64,000 bases of DNA from Lingula anatina (GCA_051362555.1 CM120643.1:2356001-2420000), one strand, 5' to 3'; counted from the stretch's first letter, positions 25,001-35,620 are shown. Translations and numbers: made by a program. The notes: generated by a model from the letters alone, not told the origin.

Positions 25001-28000
25001 TTTTTCTCCTTCAACTTTCCATCTGGATTTTGTTCTGATAATTATTCCCTTTATCTTTTTTTCTCTAAGTTCTTTCAGTGACATTTCTAATATACCGATT
25101 TCGTCTCTTATGCTATCATAGTTCGGATGTTCAAAAAGTTCTTTTAATTGATTTTCTATTACTTTTTCTTGATTATTACATTCTTTCTTTTTGTAGGCCG
25201 AGTATTTTATTGTTTCTCCTCTGATCATTAGCTTCAGTGTTTCCCATTGGAGCTGATCATCAATACTATAATCAACTTTTTCTACGTCGCCGTTTCCGTT
25301 GACTTGGTACTGGTCTACAACGTCTCGTATACATTTTTTCACTATCTTTATATATTCTTTCATACTGGAAATCTGAGGCTCAGGATAGGAAACAATGGAA
25401 AAAGCATGCTGAGGCCTTTGTCCAACAGTGGAACACTATAGGCTCTAAATGATGATGATGATGATGATGATATATTCTTTGTCTGTAAGAAGGCTGTTAT
25501 TAAATTTCCATGTTCCAGGTCCGCGTTCTTGCTTTAAAAAATTCAATTCAAGAGTTACTGGAGAATGGTCTGATTTATATGCAAAATCAATTTCTGCCTT
25601 TTTTAAATAATTCTGTAGATCTGAGGATATTAAAAAATAATCTAGTCTAGCCCGTTTATGGGATGGCATAAACCATGTATATCTTTTTTCTAAAGGATGA
25701 AGTTCTCTCCACACATCCGTCAGATCAAAAGTATACATAATATTTTTTATGGCTTCATTTGACTTCGTATTATTTTTATGTAGATAGTTCAGAGTATCCA
25801 TTTCATATTCCAAAGGGACATTCCAGTCACCTGCAATGATAATTGAAGTACTGTCTAAAAGCTGTAGTTTATTTTGAAGATTCTTAAAGAACGAGGGCCT
25901 ATCATTGTTAGGTCCATACAAGGCAACTAGCGAGATTTGTGTGCCTTGCATAAGGTTGTCTAAAATAAGAAAGCTTCCTTCTGATCTTTTATCTCATTAA
26001 GTATCTTGTATTGAAAGGTGTTTCTGAAAAGATTTGCCACCCCCCTACTATTTGACATGTATGAGCAGAATCTGACCTCTGCGCCCCACTCTTGCCTCCA
26101 AAGTATTTCATTATTCTTTGTGCTGTGAGTATCTATTAGGAATGTTACGTCATACTTTTCTCTACTTCTGACAAAGAAATCCTGTCTTTTAATCGGGTCC
26201 GAGGATAAGTCCCTACAATTCAAGCTACCTATTTTAATCGAGTTCATGTTTAGATATTGGGGACGAAAAGTGTAGCAGAATATTTATGTTGGGTCATTTG
26301 TTCTGTGTAATCTACCATCCAGACAAACTTGTCAAACTTGGGATTTTCTGCCGCATATTTATATCCGGCAGAAAAAATATTACATTTTACAAAAAATAAA
26401 ATTATGTATACACAAATGTTTTATATATACTGAATTATTTATACTGAGTTATTATCCCTTTAAACCATATTGAAAATTAAAAAAAAACAGACACCACCCC
26501 CAGTATTGTGCTTGACAAGCTCAACAAAATGCAAAAATCAAGAAGTCTCTAGCAATTACAGTCCGAGAATTAGAGAGAAAGTTTTCAGTTTTGGCACCTA
26601 ATTGCTGTTTTTCCCATGAAAATGCACAGATTGTAATCCCCTATTGTAATATGAGAGCTTGGGTCTGTGTAGTTTCTGAAAATCAGCACAAACAATTGAA
26701 TTAAAGGTCAAATGTCAAATCCAAGGGCATATTTGAAATTTCCACATATGACATTCTGTTAAAATCCAATAGTAATTTTTCCCATAATTCCTTCAGTTTG
26801 GGAAATATTTAGCATTGAATTTTCAAAAATTTTCACAAGGGTGCATTTCAACAAATGCAACAACTAAGACAAGCTGAGATTATATGTGAACTAAATCCAA
26901 GAGATAGGGACACAGGTCCTTGGGGTTGAGGAGGAGAAGCGGTATCTGGCACCAGAATGCAGAGCCGATGGAGCCACAGGAGCTGGCGGAGAAGTATGAG
27001 ACAGGTCGGGACTAAAACCATGAGTACCACCAGCTTGTACACTATCTGTAGATTTACACAATATATCACTGAACACAGCTGACTTCTCTTACTACACCCC
27101 CACCCCATGACTGTCTCCTTACATAAGACAAATACCTGTAGATTTACACAATATATCACTGAACACAGCTGACTTCTCTTACTACACACCCACCTCCTGA
27201 CTGTCTCCCTACATAAGACAAATATACCATATACCTCCACACTATCTGTAGATTTACACAATATATCACTGAACACAGCTGACTTCTCTTACTACACACC
27301 ATTGACTGTCTACCTACATAAGACAAATATACCATATACCTCCACACTATATCTGTAGATTTACACAATATATCACTGAACACAGCTGACTTCTCTTACT
27401 ACACACCCACCTCCTGACTGTCTCCCTACATAAGACAAATATACCATATACCTCCACACTATCTGTAGATTTACACAATATATCACTGAACACAGCTGAC
27501 TTCTCTTACTACACCCACCTCCTGACTATCCCCTATATAATACTATACACAATAATATCTGTGGCTTTACTAGCATTTCATACCATAGTTGCCTTACTCA
27601 CATGACAGAAAAGTTGACAAAATATTTTCATAATAAATGCAAATTCCAATTATGCCTATTAGCAGTTTTAATATAAAATCAATAACATGAACAGAGTAAA
27701 CATCAGAAAAAAGGCTGACCCAAATTCCATACAGGTAGCTTATAGAAAAGAACTAGGTCAAATAAGGTGAAATCAAATGGGGGCGTCTCGATAGTCCGAA
27801 GGTTCATTGGTCCGAAGGTTCATTGGTCTGAAAAGTGGTAACATTTTCATCGATTTTTTAATCAAGGGTTCATTGGTCCGAAGGTACTATAGTGAACATT
27901 CGGACCAATGAACCTTCGGACTATTGAACCTTCAGACTATCGCTACGGCCCCAATCAAATACATCTGCAGAAAAGATCAATACTGTCACAAATACTGAAA

Positions 28001-31000
28001 AACACCCTGGAGACAGGATCAATAAGGAAAATGGCAACTGCAAACTCCAAAGATGTAACTGAAAGTCCGCAAGCAGAAAGTTTAAGATCTGTGATAGTGA
28101 ACTACTTTGTGAGTTGTTCTTTGTGCCTTGAGGAGTATAAGGACCCAACTGATTTACCATGTAGGCATACATTTTGTAAGGGTTGTCTAAAGGACTATAT
28201 TCCTGACATAACACCAGGAAGTAAATTCAGATGTCCCGTGTGTCAGAAAGAAACTGAAGTTACTAAAGATGGACTTGAGGGCTTCACTCACAATTTCTTC
28301 ATTGAAAGCTTGCAGGACACTGTACTTCAGTCAACACATAAGAAAAAGTGTACCTTTTGTTCTTTGGTGTCCAAAACTGAAACGGTGGCTACTTCAAAAT
28401 GTATCACCTGCCATGACTACCTATGTGAGAGATGTTCTCCATTCCACTGTGGTAGCACACTCACTAAATATCACAGGGTACTCACTTTTCAACAACTTCA
28501 CAGCAGTGAGTATCAAAAAGAAATCAAAGAGCAGCAAAAGATTATCTGCCCAGAGCACAAAGGTGAGATGATACGATACTTCTGTTCAGACTGCAATGTC
28601 CCCATCTGTCGTGACTGCAAAGATCTACACCATGATGGTCACAAACTTATCTCCCTTGAAAAAGCTGCAGAGATGGTTAAGCCAAAACTTGAAAACAAAT
28701 GTCACAACCTTGAAAGAAAATTAGCAACAGGAGAAAAAACATTAGTTAACATTGATAACACACTGGCAATTTTCCTAGAAAATGAAAGCTCTGTTCAGCA
28801 GCAGATAAAAGCTCATGCAGCCCATTTACGTCAACTGCTAGATCAACAAGAGCAAACCTTACTACAGGAGCTTCACAAAACCAGTAGCACTCACAGAAAA
28901 AATTTACAAACTTCATATGACAACTGCAGTGCCACTTGCTCCTCTATCAAAACCACAACAGATGTAGTAAACAACATCCTTCAGCATGGTGCCCCCATAG
29001 ATGTCCTCATGTTACAACACCAACTTGGACAGAGACTAGATGAGCTACAGTCCACTACAGCTGTGGAAGAAATTCCCGAAGAAATACACCTCACACTACA
29101 GACCAACAAAGAAGTGGACCAAGAGATATCCAGTGGGGCTGGCCTGGGAAATGTGCAGATATCTAGACAACCAGCTTTGCCCAAGTTCAAACCAAAGGCT
29201 AAATGTATGCTGGAGTTTGACACTGGCCGTGAGTTTGCACTGGACATTTCAGAGAGTCCAAACAGGGAGTATGTTACTACACTTGTCTGGGATCACAAGG
29301 TGAGGGTTTTTAGATCAAATGGTACATCAAGGCAAGAGATCACAAGTGTCTCAAACACACAGCTGAAATGTCCAAGAGGGATCTGTCACTTCCCTGATGG
29401 ATCGATGGTTCTATCTGGTACAGACAATAACAAACTGTTCATCCTGTCACCACAGTGGGAAGTACAGCAAACTGTAGATGTCAGCAAACCATATGGTGTG
29501 GCTCTCAATAACAACTGCACTAAGATTGCTGTGGCACTGGGTGGCAGAGAAAAGTCTGTAAGTTTGTTCAGTATTGACATCAAAGGAAAAATAACTCTAA
29601 CTGATGTGATAAAGTACAAAGATGGGAAACATTTGTTCAATTATCCATATAAAGTGGCATATATGGGCAATGGTTGCCTTGTTGTTAGTGATGAAATACC
29701 AAACAAACTTCACATCCTAACCCCATCTGGTGACCCACTGCATCAGTACACAGGACCTGATAACAAGTTAGGGCTACCCGGTGGTGTCTGTGTTGATGCC
29801 TATGACAACATACTGGTTACAGACTGTGATAACCACTGCATACACCTTGTATCCCCAGATGGAAAGTTCATCCAGTACATAGCAACTGAAGCTGATGGAC
29901 TAAAAGACCCATGGGGATGTACCATCAACCAGGATGGAGATCTGGTTGTGACTGAACGAAATGGGAAAGTGAAAGTGTTTCAATACATTGAAAAATGATG
30001 CCATTTAAAATGCTCAGAAACTGCACAATGTACAGTTTTCTGTCATTAGAATATTTCAAAGAATGTAGTATATATTGACATAAAAACCAACACTGATGGG
30101 GACTTAGTTGTAATTAAATATTTAGTTTTCATATCATGAATGACAAAATATAATTACAACATCTCATAAAGAAGAAAAAAGAAAAATAAAATGACCACCC
30201 TGTAAAACAATAACTTTTTCATCATAAAACGATGAAAGACTCAGAAGTGAAAATGGAAGAAAAGACAGAAGCAAAAGGAACAATTTGTGATATGTGACAG
30301 TGGCAGATCCAGAGATTTTTTCTGACAGTCTTTCATATTATATTTGTTAATCCATCCTGCATTTTTTTACTGTCTTCCAATAGGAAGAAATAGATACCAA
30401 TCAATGTAAACTTGAAAATCTGACCGTCTTCTGGAAGACCCAGAAGTCGACCTAGATCCACCCTTGTGTGAAGTAGCCCATGTTTAAAGATGTTCATTTT
30501 AAGGATATTAAATAAGTTATGGAAATAGTAAAAGAGCTGCCTGTAACACCAGGAAGAACTGATATTTTGTTTTGTATCATAAATAATATATTTAATGTGT
30601 ATTGCCTAAATGACACCCCCTTCTTTAAAGAAAAGATGCCAATTATTTTCAAAATAAGATAAGGTCTGAAAATCAAATGATTTGTAGTTGAACTATTATT
30701 CCTTGTTAGTGAAAATCACATCTCTCTTTTTTTTTTTTAGCTATGTCTCTATTTTCTTCTTTTTAGGGGGTATTGATTTTAGGGAGGTTGCATAAGCTTT
30801 AAGACTGAAATAATAGTGTAGTAATTGTACTTAAAATATGAAGGTGGCACCTATAACTGCAACCATATCTGATTTCAAACTACCAGCAATTTTTTGCTGC
30901 TGTAAATACCTGATGCCAAAAGGATATATTTTTCAACTGACTCAGAGCAATGATTTAATTAATTGTGGTTTGGACTTAACAAATGATGTTACGCTGTAGT

Positions 31001-34000
31001 TATTATATATAAATATTTACTTGATACAATGACTTGAGTTATCATGCAATAAAATAAGGAAAAAAAATCAAAATTTCATATTGAACAGTACTCATTTATG
31101 GCCTTTTGTGCTTGACAAGCTTAACAAAATGCAGTAAACAAGATTTCTCAATATTTTTGTTGAAAATTACAATTTAAAACAAAATCATGGGGAAAAGTTA
31201 AGTTTAAATCCAAATTTGTGAAGTTGCTCATGGCAAAAAGTAGGTTAAAGGTCAATTTCAAGGCCACAGTTGAACTGTCAGTATATGTCTTCCTATCCAA
31301 GTTCAGTAGTATCTCTGCAAGTTTTGGCGATATAAGAGATGGAAACCTTGCCATACAGGAGCTCTTGTAGTGTAGGAGGAGAAGTGGTAACAGTGACATT
31401 GCAGCAGAGCTGTCAGACGATACTAGTCAAGACTAATATCATCTGTTCCACCAACACCGCATGCACTGGTGGTACAAATAAAGTGGCAAAATACTTTAAA
31501 ATTGTCACCAAAAAAGCAAGAAAGCCGTATGCATATGACATACAATAAAAAACAACCCTAGATCTAATTATCTGGATCATGAAAGGATACAGTTTTAACT
31601 TGCTGTTAGACAAGACATATGTGGGAATGTCACCTATGTATACTTCATCCAGGAAAACCAGATGCGGAGACATGGCCAGCTGAAATAGAAAGAATACTTC
31701 ATCTTAGTTATTATAATAAATGAAAATTTATCCTCATTGGTGCACTGTTGAAACTGAGGAAAGTAGCTTTTTACACAAAAATATAGTCCAGCACTCTCTA
31801 CAAAAAGAGCAGATAATGGTTTATAACTGTTAAACATATCATTTTACCTCCATAATTCCTTTTACCTCAATTCTTGCTGTTTCTATTCCAACCAAATTTG
31901 TTAATAATTTTTAAGATAAGGTAAAATCATTCATCTCTTTTTTTTTTCTTTTTGTCAGACTATATTGGATATTGATCTCTCTGTGCACCACATTTTTCAC
32001 CACTACAGGATCATCTAAAACTCATCCAAAAATAAATAAATAAATAAATAAATAAATAAACAAATAAATAAAATACTTACAACTGGAGGCTGTCTCTTCT
32101 TTCTCCTGCTCACTGTCCCATAATGTTGTCTAGTCAGGTCACTTACTTTCTGGTCACTCTGTACTATACTGTACTGACCAGTCAACACTGAGCCTGTACT
32201 GGGACTCAGTGACAGGTTTGGTACGCTGAGGGTGTCTCCTGTCTAAGAAAAGAATAACAAGCACTACAGTAACAATCAGCTGCCAAATCAATCACAGAGC
32301 CAATTAAGAACGGATGATCCTCGGATTTACTGATCTACGATTTAAATATGGCAGACCCTACGTGAAAGCAAGTCTGTTAATCCCTTAATGGTCTCCCTGC
32401 CTCTACACGCGCCATTAAGAGGAATAAAGCTCAGCTCCGAGGTTTAATTGTAAGGCCCCTGCTAAGACCGCGCATGTGCAGGCAGGGAGACCATTACTTT
32501 TATAAGTGCCAGTACAAAGCTTCTAAAAAGATATGCCAAGTGAAAAACTTGTGACACAGGATTGAAATGCTATTTTATACCAAAAACGTAGTGACACAAA
32601 ACACCCACATGTTTACCTTTTGGAAATAAACACTTTCATAACACATATTTCATCATCTCACCTTGATATTGTGAAATGTCACACTTCCCCTCCATAGCGT
32701 ATCCACGAGCAAGCGAGTGCTGCCACCTATTGAGCAAGAAGTGCCCTGTAACGCCTCTACCCAGGCCCAGCCTTCTGCAGACAGGGTATTTTCATACAAC
32801 AGTGTTACAAACCCATTGTGACAGGTGACTAGTCTTTGTAAAGCACCATACAGCCCTAGGTTGGATCTAGAGTGGAAAAATAGTGTCAGCAACTTTTTAT
32901 AAAAATAATGAAAAATTTTGGAAACTTTTCAAATAGAGAGTATAACTTTATAAATAAAACTTGCTTCAGGCAACTTGTGGAAAGTTTCATATTCACTTCT
33001 CTGGCTTTCAGGCCTAGCACCAACAATTTAATTTGTTTTTCACAAATCTAAGTTACTTCTGTGTGAAATTTATTAACTCTCCATTCAAATTTATCAAGTA
33101 TCTGAGATCTGGGGAGAAAAGTTGATATACGAGTAGGTCTTTTACAAAATTACACTTATGTATATTTACTCACTCAATACTGAAATCCACATTCCCAAAC
33201 CAAATGATGTCCAGCAAGAAACCTACAAAAAATAGATCAAATAAATAAATATCTCATTTCAAAACCAAATCAAGAAACACACTTATCACAGTATGTACAC
33301 TTACATTTGTATATGCATGTTTACTTCAGCAATCATGTGTGTATATATGTTTATGTGTTTGTGTTATGAAAAGAATATATACAACTACCTGTATATGTAC
33401 CCTCTACTAGGGCTGCAGTTCTTGTGGACATTATTGCTGAGGTGACCCTGTAACATTTGGCCAGATGGGAGCAATTAAATCTGCACGTGCACAGAAGGCT
33501 TTGTACCTGCTCTGCAGGAGCTCAGTGAGAGATGGACTTTGCGCCAATGTAATCAACGCTTCTTACGCAACCTGCCTTGTCTTTATTGTCTCAGATGAGC
33601 AATTAACTGTCTTGATTACTCTCAAGGGGCCTTGGCAGGGACTTGTTAGGTGGCAGGACCTCAGTAGTTATGCAAACAATTACCAACCACGTAATCATCC
33701 TCGAGATTTCAGCACAGGGTCACAGTACAGAGATTAGTCATCTATTTAACCAGAGACATATCTGGTAATATCTAGTGAAAAATCAATCTGTGGCCCTGGT
33801 AGAGGGTACAGTATATGTATATGTGTTTGTGTTATGAGAATATATACTAGTACCTGTGTATGGTAGAGCATCTGCCATTAGGTGAAGTTGTTCTGCCCTA
33901 AAAAAAAAAAAAAATAATAATAATAATAATAATAATTTTTTCTGCTGAACAGTCAGTTGTCCAATCATCATGTTTCTTTCATATTATACATATATAACTA

Positions 34001-35277
34001 ATAACCATCTCTCCCAATAAGTTAAAATAGGTTGAACATTTCAGTACACTTACAATTTGGGAGAAAAATAATTCTGCTCCATTTCTAGTATTCTACATAA
34101 CAAAAAAAATACAAAATTGAATAAGAAGTTTGATTTTTGAAAAGGGTAACTTGTTACATGACTATTATTATATAACATACATAAGATCAGTGTTTTCACT
34201 CTGTGCAACTGGGCAATTTGTCTGTTTCCTGTGCAATATTCCTTGAAGTGTCTCACAGAATGTGTCAGTGTTCGTAAAAGCCTCCCATTTGATATTCTCA
34301 TAGTTGGACTTTGTCCGTTGCTGCTATAATAAAAAGCAAAACAGACTTTAGAAGGGAGTAACTTTGTATGGCACTCATACATAATTTTGGAAAATTTGTA
34401 GAAAGTTTGTCTTCTGGAATAAATTATCTTGTACTCATACAATATGAATAAAGGGACGTTACAATGTCTATCACAACCCTAGTGAGTTATCCTTCAATTT
34501 TGGTATAAATCCTTACACCTATGCCTCAGTAGATTATGAAATTCAACATAAAAATCTGAAGATCCGTTCTTTACAAATAAATACATACACAACTGGGATA
34601 AAGTTGACTTTCAAAGCAATAAAAAAAATATAAAGTTTTATCTGTCAAAGCTATTTAGCAAAAAAATAAATGAAATTAATATTGGCTGGTAATCCTCAGT
34701 TAATTTTTGTACAGCTATTGACAACTTTAACTTAATCTGTTTATCAAAAACACATAGTAAATGATACTGTCCAACAATAAAAGATATGTATTAATAAGGT
34801 ATTAATTTGCAACCTTGTGGTCAGCTATAGGGCGTCCATCTTGACCAGAGAGGGGGTGGACAAAAGCAGTGTACACTTGCTGGGAGGCCTCTCCAAAATA
34901 CGTAGTGATGGTAATTTCTTTATATCTGCTGGCGTCTTCTGTAAGCTTCTGCAGCACAGCAGGTAGCAGTGTACTGTCTTCTGAAATAAATAAATAAATA
35001 AATAAATAAATATAATCTTTGTCCAACTTCTAATGATTTAAACACTAGTATAAATGGGTTAGTAAGATGAGAGTGATTAACTCTTAAAGTTCTTATGCAG
35101 TATGATACTGCATAAGAACTTTAAGAGTGAGGATGCCTCCCCCACCCTCCTTTAGTCTGAATTTTCAGCAGCATTTCCATATCCTCAATCAGATTTATAC
35201 CGGTGTATGTATAATTTTTCCCAAAGGTACTCACCACTGATGATATCGGTACACAAAACTAATACATAGCGATCCAT
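213..35277 (-). CDS. MTBP: Mdm2-binding protein (MTBP/Sld7-like replication initiation factor), 20 coding exons: 35277-35235, 34980-34814, 34323-34181, 33897-33854, 33222-33174, 32866-32662, 32242-32147, 31679-31591, 7319-7244, 7023-6915, 6346-5804, 5460-5251, 4526-4395, 3852-3767, 3501-3398, 2805-2392, 1831-1723, 1219-1106, 570-505, 257-213
   Basis: Hand-assembled GT-AG exons are phase-compatible throughout. Peptide blocks recall vertebrate MTBP in the same order: MDRYVLVL, AEQLHLMADALP, YGALQRL..LWRG, PDQWLEKEAL, EFLKYFKADG, FHDMYYN..RSRYVGNETGSTC, RESRSERHRR, CKTRLYKLTKMYVMDLTTSRNLKEEMKKIAEDHVKQVI. A few boundaries (exons 3, 7, 11, 12, 15) have alternatives. Confidence 0.88.
1972..2240. 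mobile_element. MITE-like element with ~48-bp inverted repeats in an MTBP intron
   Basis: cactagtgggctggatttggtcttaaagtgcaatttaagatcacaaat ... atttgtgatcttaaattgcactttaagaccaaataaagcccactagtg. Confidence 0.6.
4240..4366. mobile_element. Short MITE-like inverted-repeat element
   Basis: ctagtccgagggtcaaatatgg ... ccatatttgaccctcagactag. Confidence 0.55.
6490..6914. repeat. 60-bp minisatellite (about 4 perfect units plus degenerate CTGTCA subrepeats) abutting MTBP exon 10
   Basis: ataatctgtcatactgtcatgttacctgtctcactgtcatgtcacctgtgacattgtcac repeats in register on successive 60-nt lines. Confidence 0.9.
7671..9607 (+). CDS. TRIM (RING, 2 B-box, coiled-coil, NHL-like beta-propeller) E3 ligase, copy 1; 1-nt frameshift near 9551 truncates the last blade (stop at 9560)
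   Basis: RING CPLC..LPCKHTFCKGC..CPVC; B-boxes CSSC..CITCHDYLCERC..H and CPEH..FCSDC..ICRDC..H; NHL repeats (P.GI/PYGV/PWGC). Intronless. After one missing base the sequence continues as copy 3 does (VVTQWNGKVKVFQYLEK*). Confidence 0.88.
9844..12788. mobile_element. Non-autonomous DNA transposon (Kolobok-like AGG..CCT ends) inserted in the 3' flank of TRIM copy 1, containing nested MITEs (~10385-11855, ~10490-10960)
   Basis: TIR AGGGACGGATGTA / TACATCCGTCCCT flanked by TAA; the flanks join to match the uninterrupted 3' flank of copy 3 (~30190-30260). Confidence 0.7.
11143..11176. mobile_element. P-superfamily excision footprint (20-bp fused TIR ends with 7-bp TSD)
   Basis: GTTGAAC-CAAGGAGTTATAACTCCTTG-GTTGAAC; the core equals the outer ends of the TIRs at 17562 and 23107. 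Confidence 0.75.
13708..14787 (+). pseudogene. TRIM copy 2, pseudogene, 3'-truncated
   Basis: Near-identical to copy 3 RBCC but ATG is followed by TAA, 4-nt deletion at ~14013, in-frame TAA at 14422-14424, and homology ends at ...HLTLQT before the NHL domain. Confidence 0.88.
14794..15362. mobile_element. Non-autonomous PIF/Harbinger element with Myb/SANT-like ORF remnant
   Basis: TIR TACCCCGTTCACACT, TAA duplication on both sides; - strand ORF MPAQWTHKEISCLIDIWRQ resembles the Harbinger SANT/Myb protein N-terminus. Confidence 0.75.
17562..23107. mobile_element. Non-autonomous P-superfamily DNA transposon (5.5 kb)
   Basis: Perfect 31-bp TIR CAAGGAGTTATAACAGAAGGAGATTACACGC; 7-bp TSD CTTAAAC (17555-17561, 23108-23114); no transposase ORF seen. 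Confidence 0.82.
19313..20968. mobile_element. hAT-like non-autonomous element nested in the P-like element, itself containing a MITE (~20010-20163)
   Basis: 15-bp TIR CAGTGATTGCGAAAG; flanking GTATCC duplication (6 bp, shorter than the typical 8). Confidence 0.6.
23228..23540 (-). mobile_element. Gypsy-type gag zinc-knuckle/aspartic protease fragment inside the EnSpm-like element
   Basis: DHFAKLCK followed by VLPDSGAYCNIIDENTWRML (D-S-G-A protease motif). Confidence 0.6.
25361..25469 (+). mobile_element. 5'-truncated RTE-like LINE 3' end with (TGA)n tail inserted into the L1 relic
   Basis: Peptide WKSEAQDRKQWKSML, (TGA)7 tail, ~11-bp TSD ATATATTCTTT. Confidence 0.65.
27039..27545. repeat. 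~118-bp tandem repeat (4-5 units) upstream of TRIM copy 3
   Basis: Recurring ctgtagatttacacaatatatcactgaacacagctgacttctcttactacac; one partial unit also lies upstream of copy 2 (~13337-13390). Confidence 0.85.
27779..27952. mobile_element. MITE with GG..CC ends and 8-bp TSD (Merlin-like) just upstream of the TRIM copy 3 start codon
   Basis: AATCAAAT duplicated at 27771-27778 and 27953-27960; internal ccgaaggttcattggt inverted subrepeats; absent from the homologous site in copy 2. Confidence 0.7.
28031..29998 (+). CDS. TRIM (RING, 2 B-box, coiled-coil, NHL-like propeller) E3 ubiquitin ligase, copy 3, intact, intronless
   Basis: Uninterrupted ORF from MATANSKD to FQYIEK*; TRIM2/3/56-like architecture without an obvious filamin domain. 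Confidence 0.92.
   Translation: MATANSKDVTESPQAESLRSVIVNYFVSCSLCLEEYKDPTDLPCRHTFCKGCLKDYIPDITPGSKFRCPVCQKETEVTKDGLEGFTHNFFIESLQDTVLQSTHKKKCTFCSLVSKTETVATSKCITCHDYLCERCSPFHCGSTLTKYHRVLTFQQLHSSEYQKEIKEQQKIICPEHKGEMIRYFCSDCNVPICRDCKDLHHDGHKLISLEKAAEMVKPKLENKCHNLERKLATGEKTLVNIDNTLAIFLENESSVQQQIKAHAAHLRQLLDQQEQTLLQELHKTSSTHRKNLQTSYDNCSATCSSIKTTTDVVNNILQHGAPIDVLMLQHQLGQRLDELQSTTAVEEIPEEIHLTLQTNKEVDQEISSGAGLGNVQISRQPALPKFKPKAKCMLEFDTGREFALDISESPNREYVTTLVWDHKVRVFRSNGTSRQEITSVSNTQLKCPRGICHFPDGSMVLSGTDNNKLFILSPQWEVQQTVDVSKPYGVALNNNCTKIAVALGGREKSVSLFSIDIKGKITLTDVIKYKDGKHLFNYPYKVAYMGNGCLVVSDEIPNKLHILTPSGDPLHQYTGPDNKLGLPGGVCVDAYDNILVTDCDNHCIHLVSPDGKFIQYIATEADGLKDPWGCTINQDGDLVVTERNGKVKVFQYIEK
35080..35128. 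repeat. Perfect 49-nt palindrome in MTBP intron 1
   Basis: actcttaaagttcttatgcagtat-g-atactgcataagaactttaagagt. Confidence 0.9.
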
Positions 35278-35620
35278 GTTTTGTCTCTGTATTGTGGGCA
35301 ATAATCTATGGACATGCCAAGTTTGTGAAATATAAGCTAAAGCCGAAGGACGAAGTTTGATGTCTCTAGCACAGTCGAATATTACGAGGTTAATTTTGTT
35401 AATTTCCCGCTGCTGTCGTAAAGGGATACTTACCAGAAATTACGACATTGTAACCACATTTCTACCCCTGTCCCGCTATTCAATCTCTTTTAAGACATGG
35501 GTAATAAGAACAATTGACAGATGCTTTTTGAGTATTTAATATTTTGAGAAGATATATAACCAGTGAGAGATTTTCTTTGTCGTTGTTGTTTATTTCCATC
35601 CTAGTACCACTTTGTGTCTA

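Larger units (their letters stand above)
15366..26247 (-). mobile_element. L1/Tx1-clade LINE ORF2 relic (APE endonuclease + RT), split by later insertions and 3'-truncated
   Basis: SLNCR, YGPN, IAGDWN, ARLDYFLIS, SDHSPV, PGTWKFNNSLL, EGEKSSRYF, SPGIDG, WRPISLLNVDYKI, QLGFVKGR, LDYEKAFDS, GVRQGDPLSPYLF, YADD in correct order; frameshifts and stops present. Confidence 0.9.
7320..31590 (-). other. U12-type (minor spliceosome) GT-AG intron 8 of MTBP, 24,271 nt
   Basis: 5' splice site /GTATCCTTTC at 31590; branch site CCTTAAC at 7338-7332, ~12 nt before the AG at 7321-7320, with no polypyrimidine tract; phase-2 join gives SKLKL-SLMSK in frame. Confidence 0.85.

Noticed and set aside
27039-27545. 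Possible CRISPR or DGR-type array near a variable gene and an RT
   Set aside because: Units repeat entirely without unique spacers; no template repeat matching the NHL region; nearby RTs are ordinary LINE/LTR types.
27908-28030. 41-aa N-terminal extension of TRIM copy 3
   Set aside because: ATG lies within a MITE; the paralogs start at the MATA-equivalent codon.
31148-31480. Nearby acceptors that would make MTBP intron 8 short
   Set aside because: They give stops or non-MTBP-like peptide and lack a good U12 branch site; the exon at 7319 fits both.
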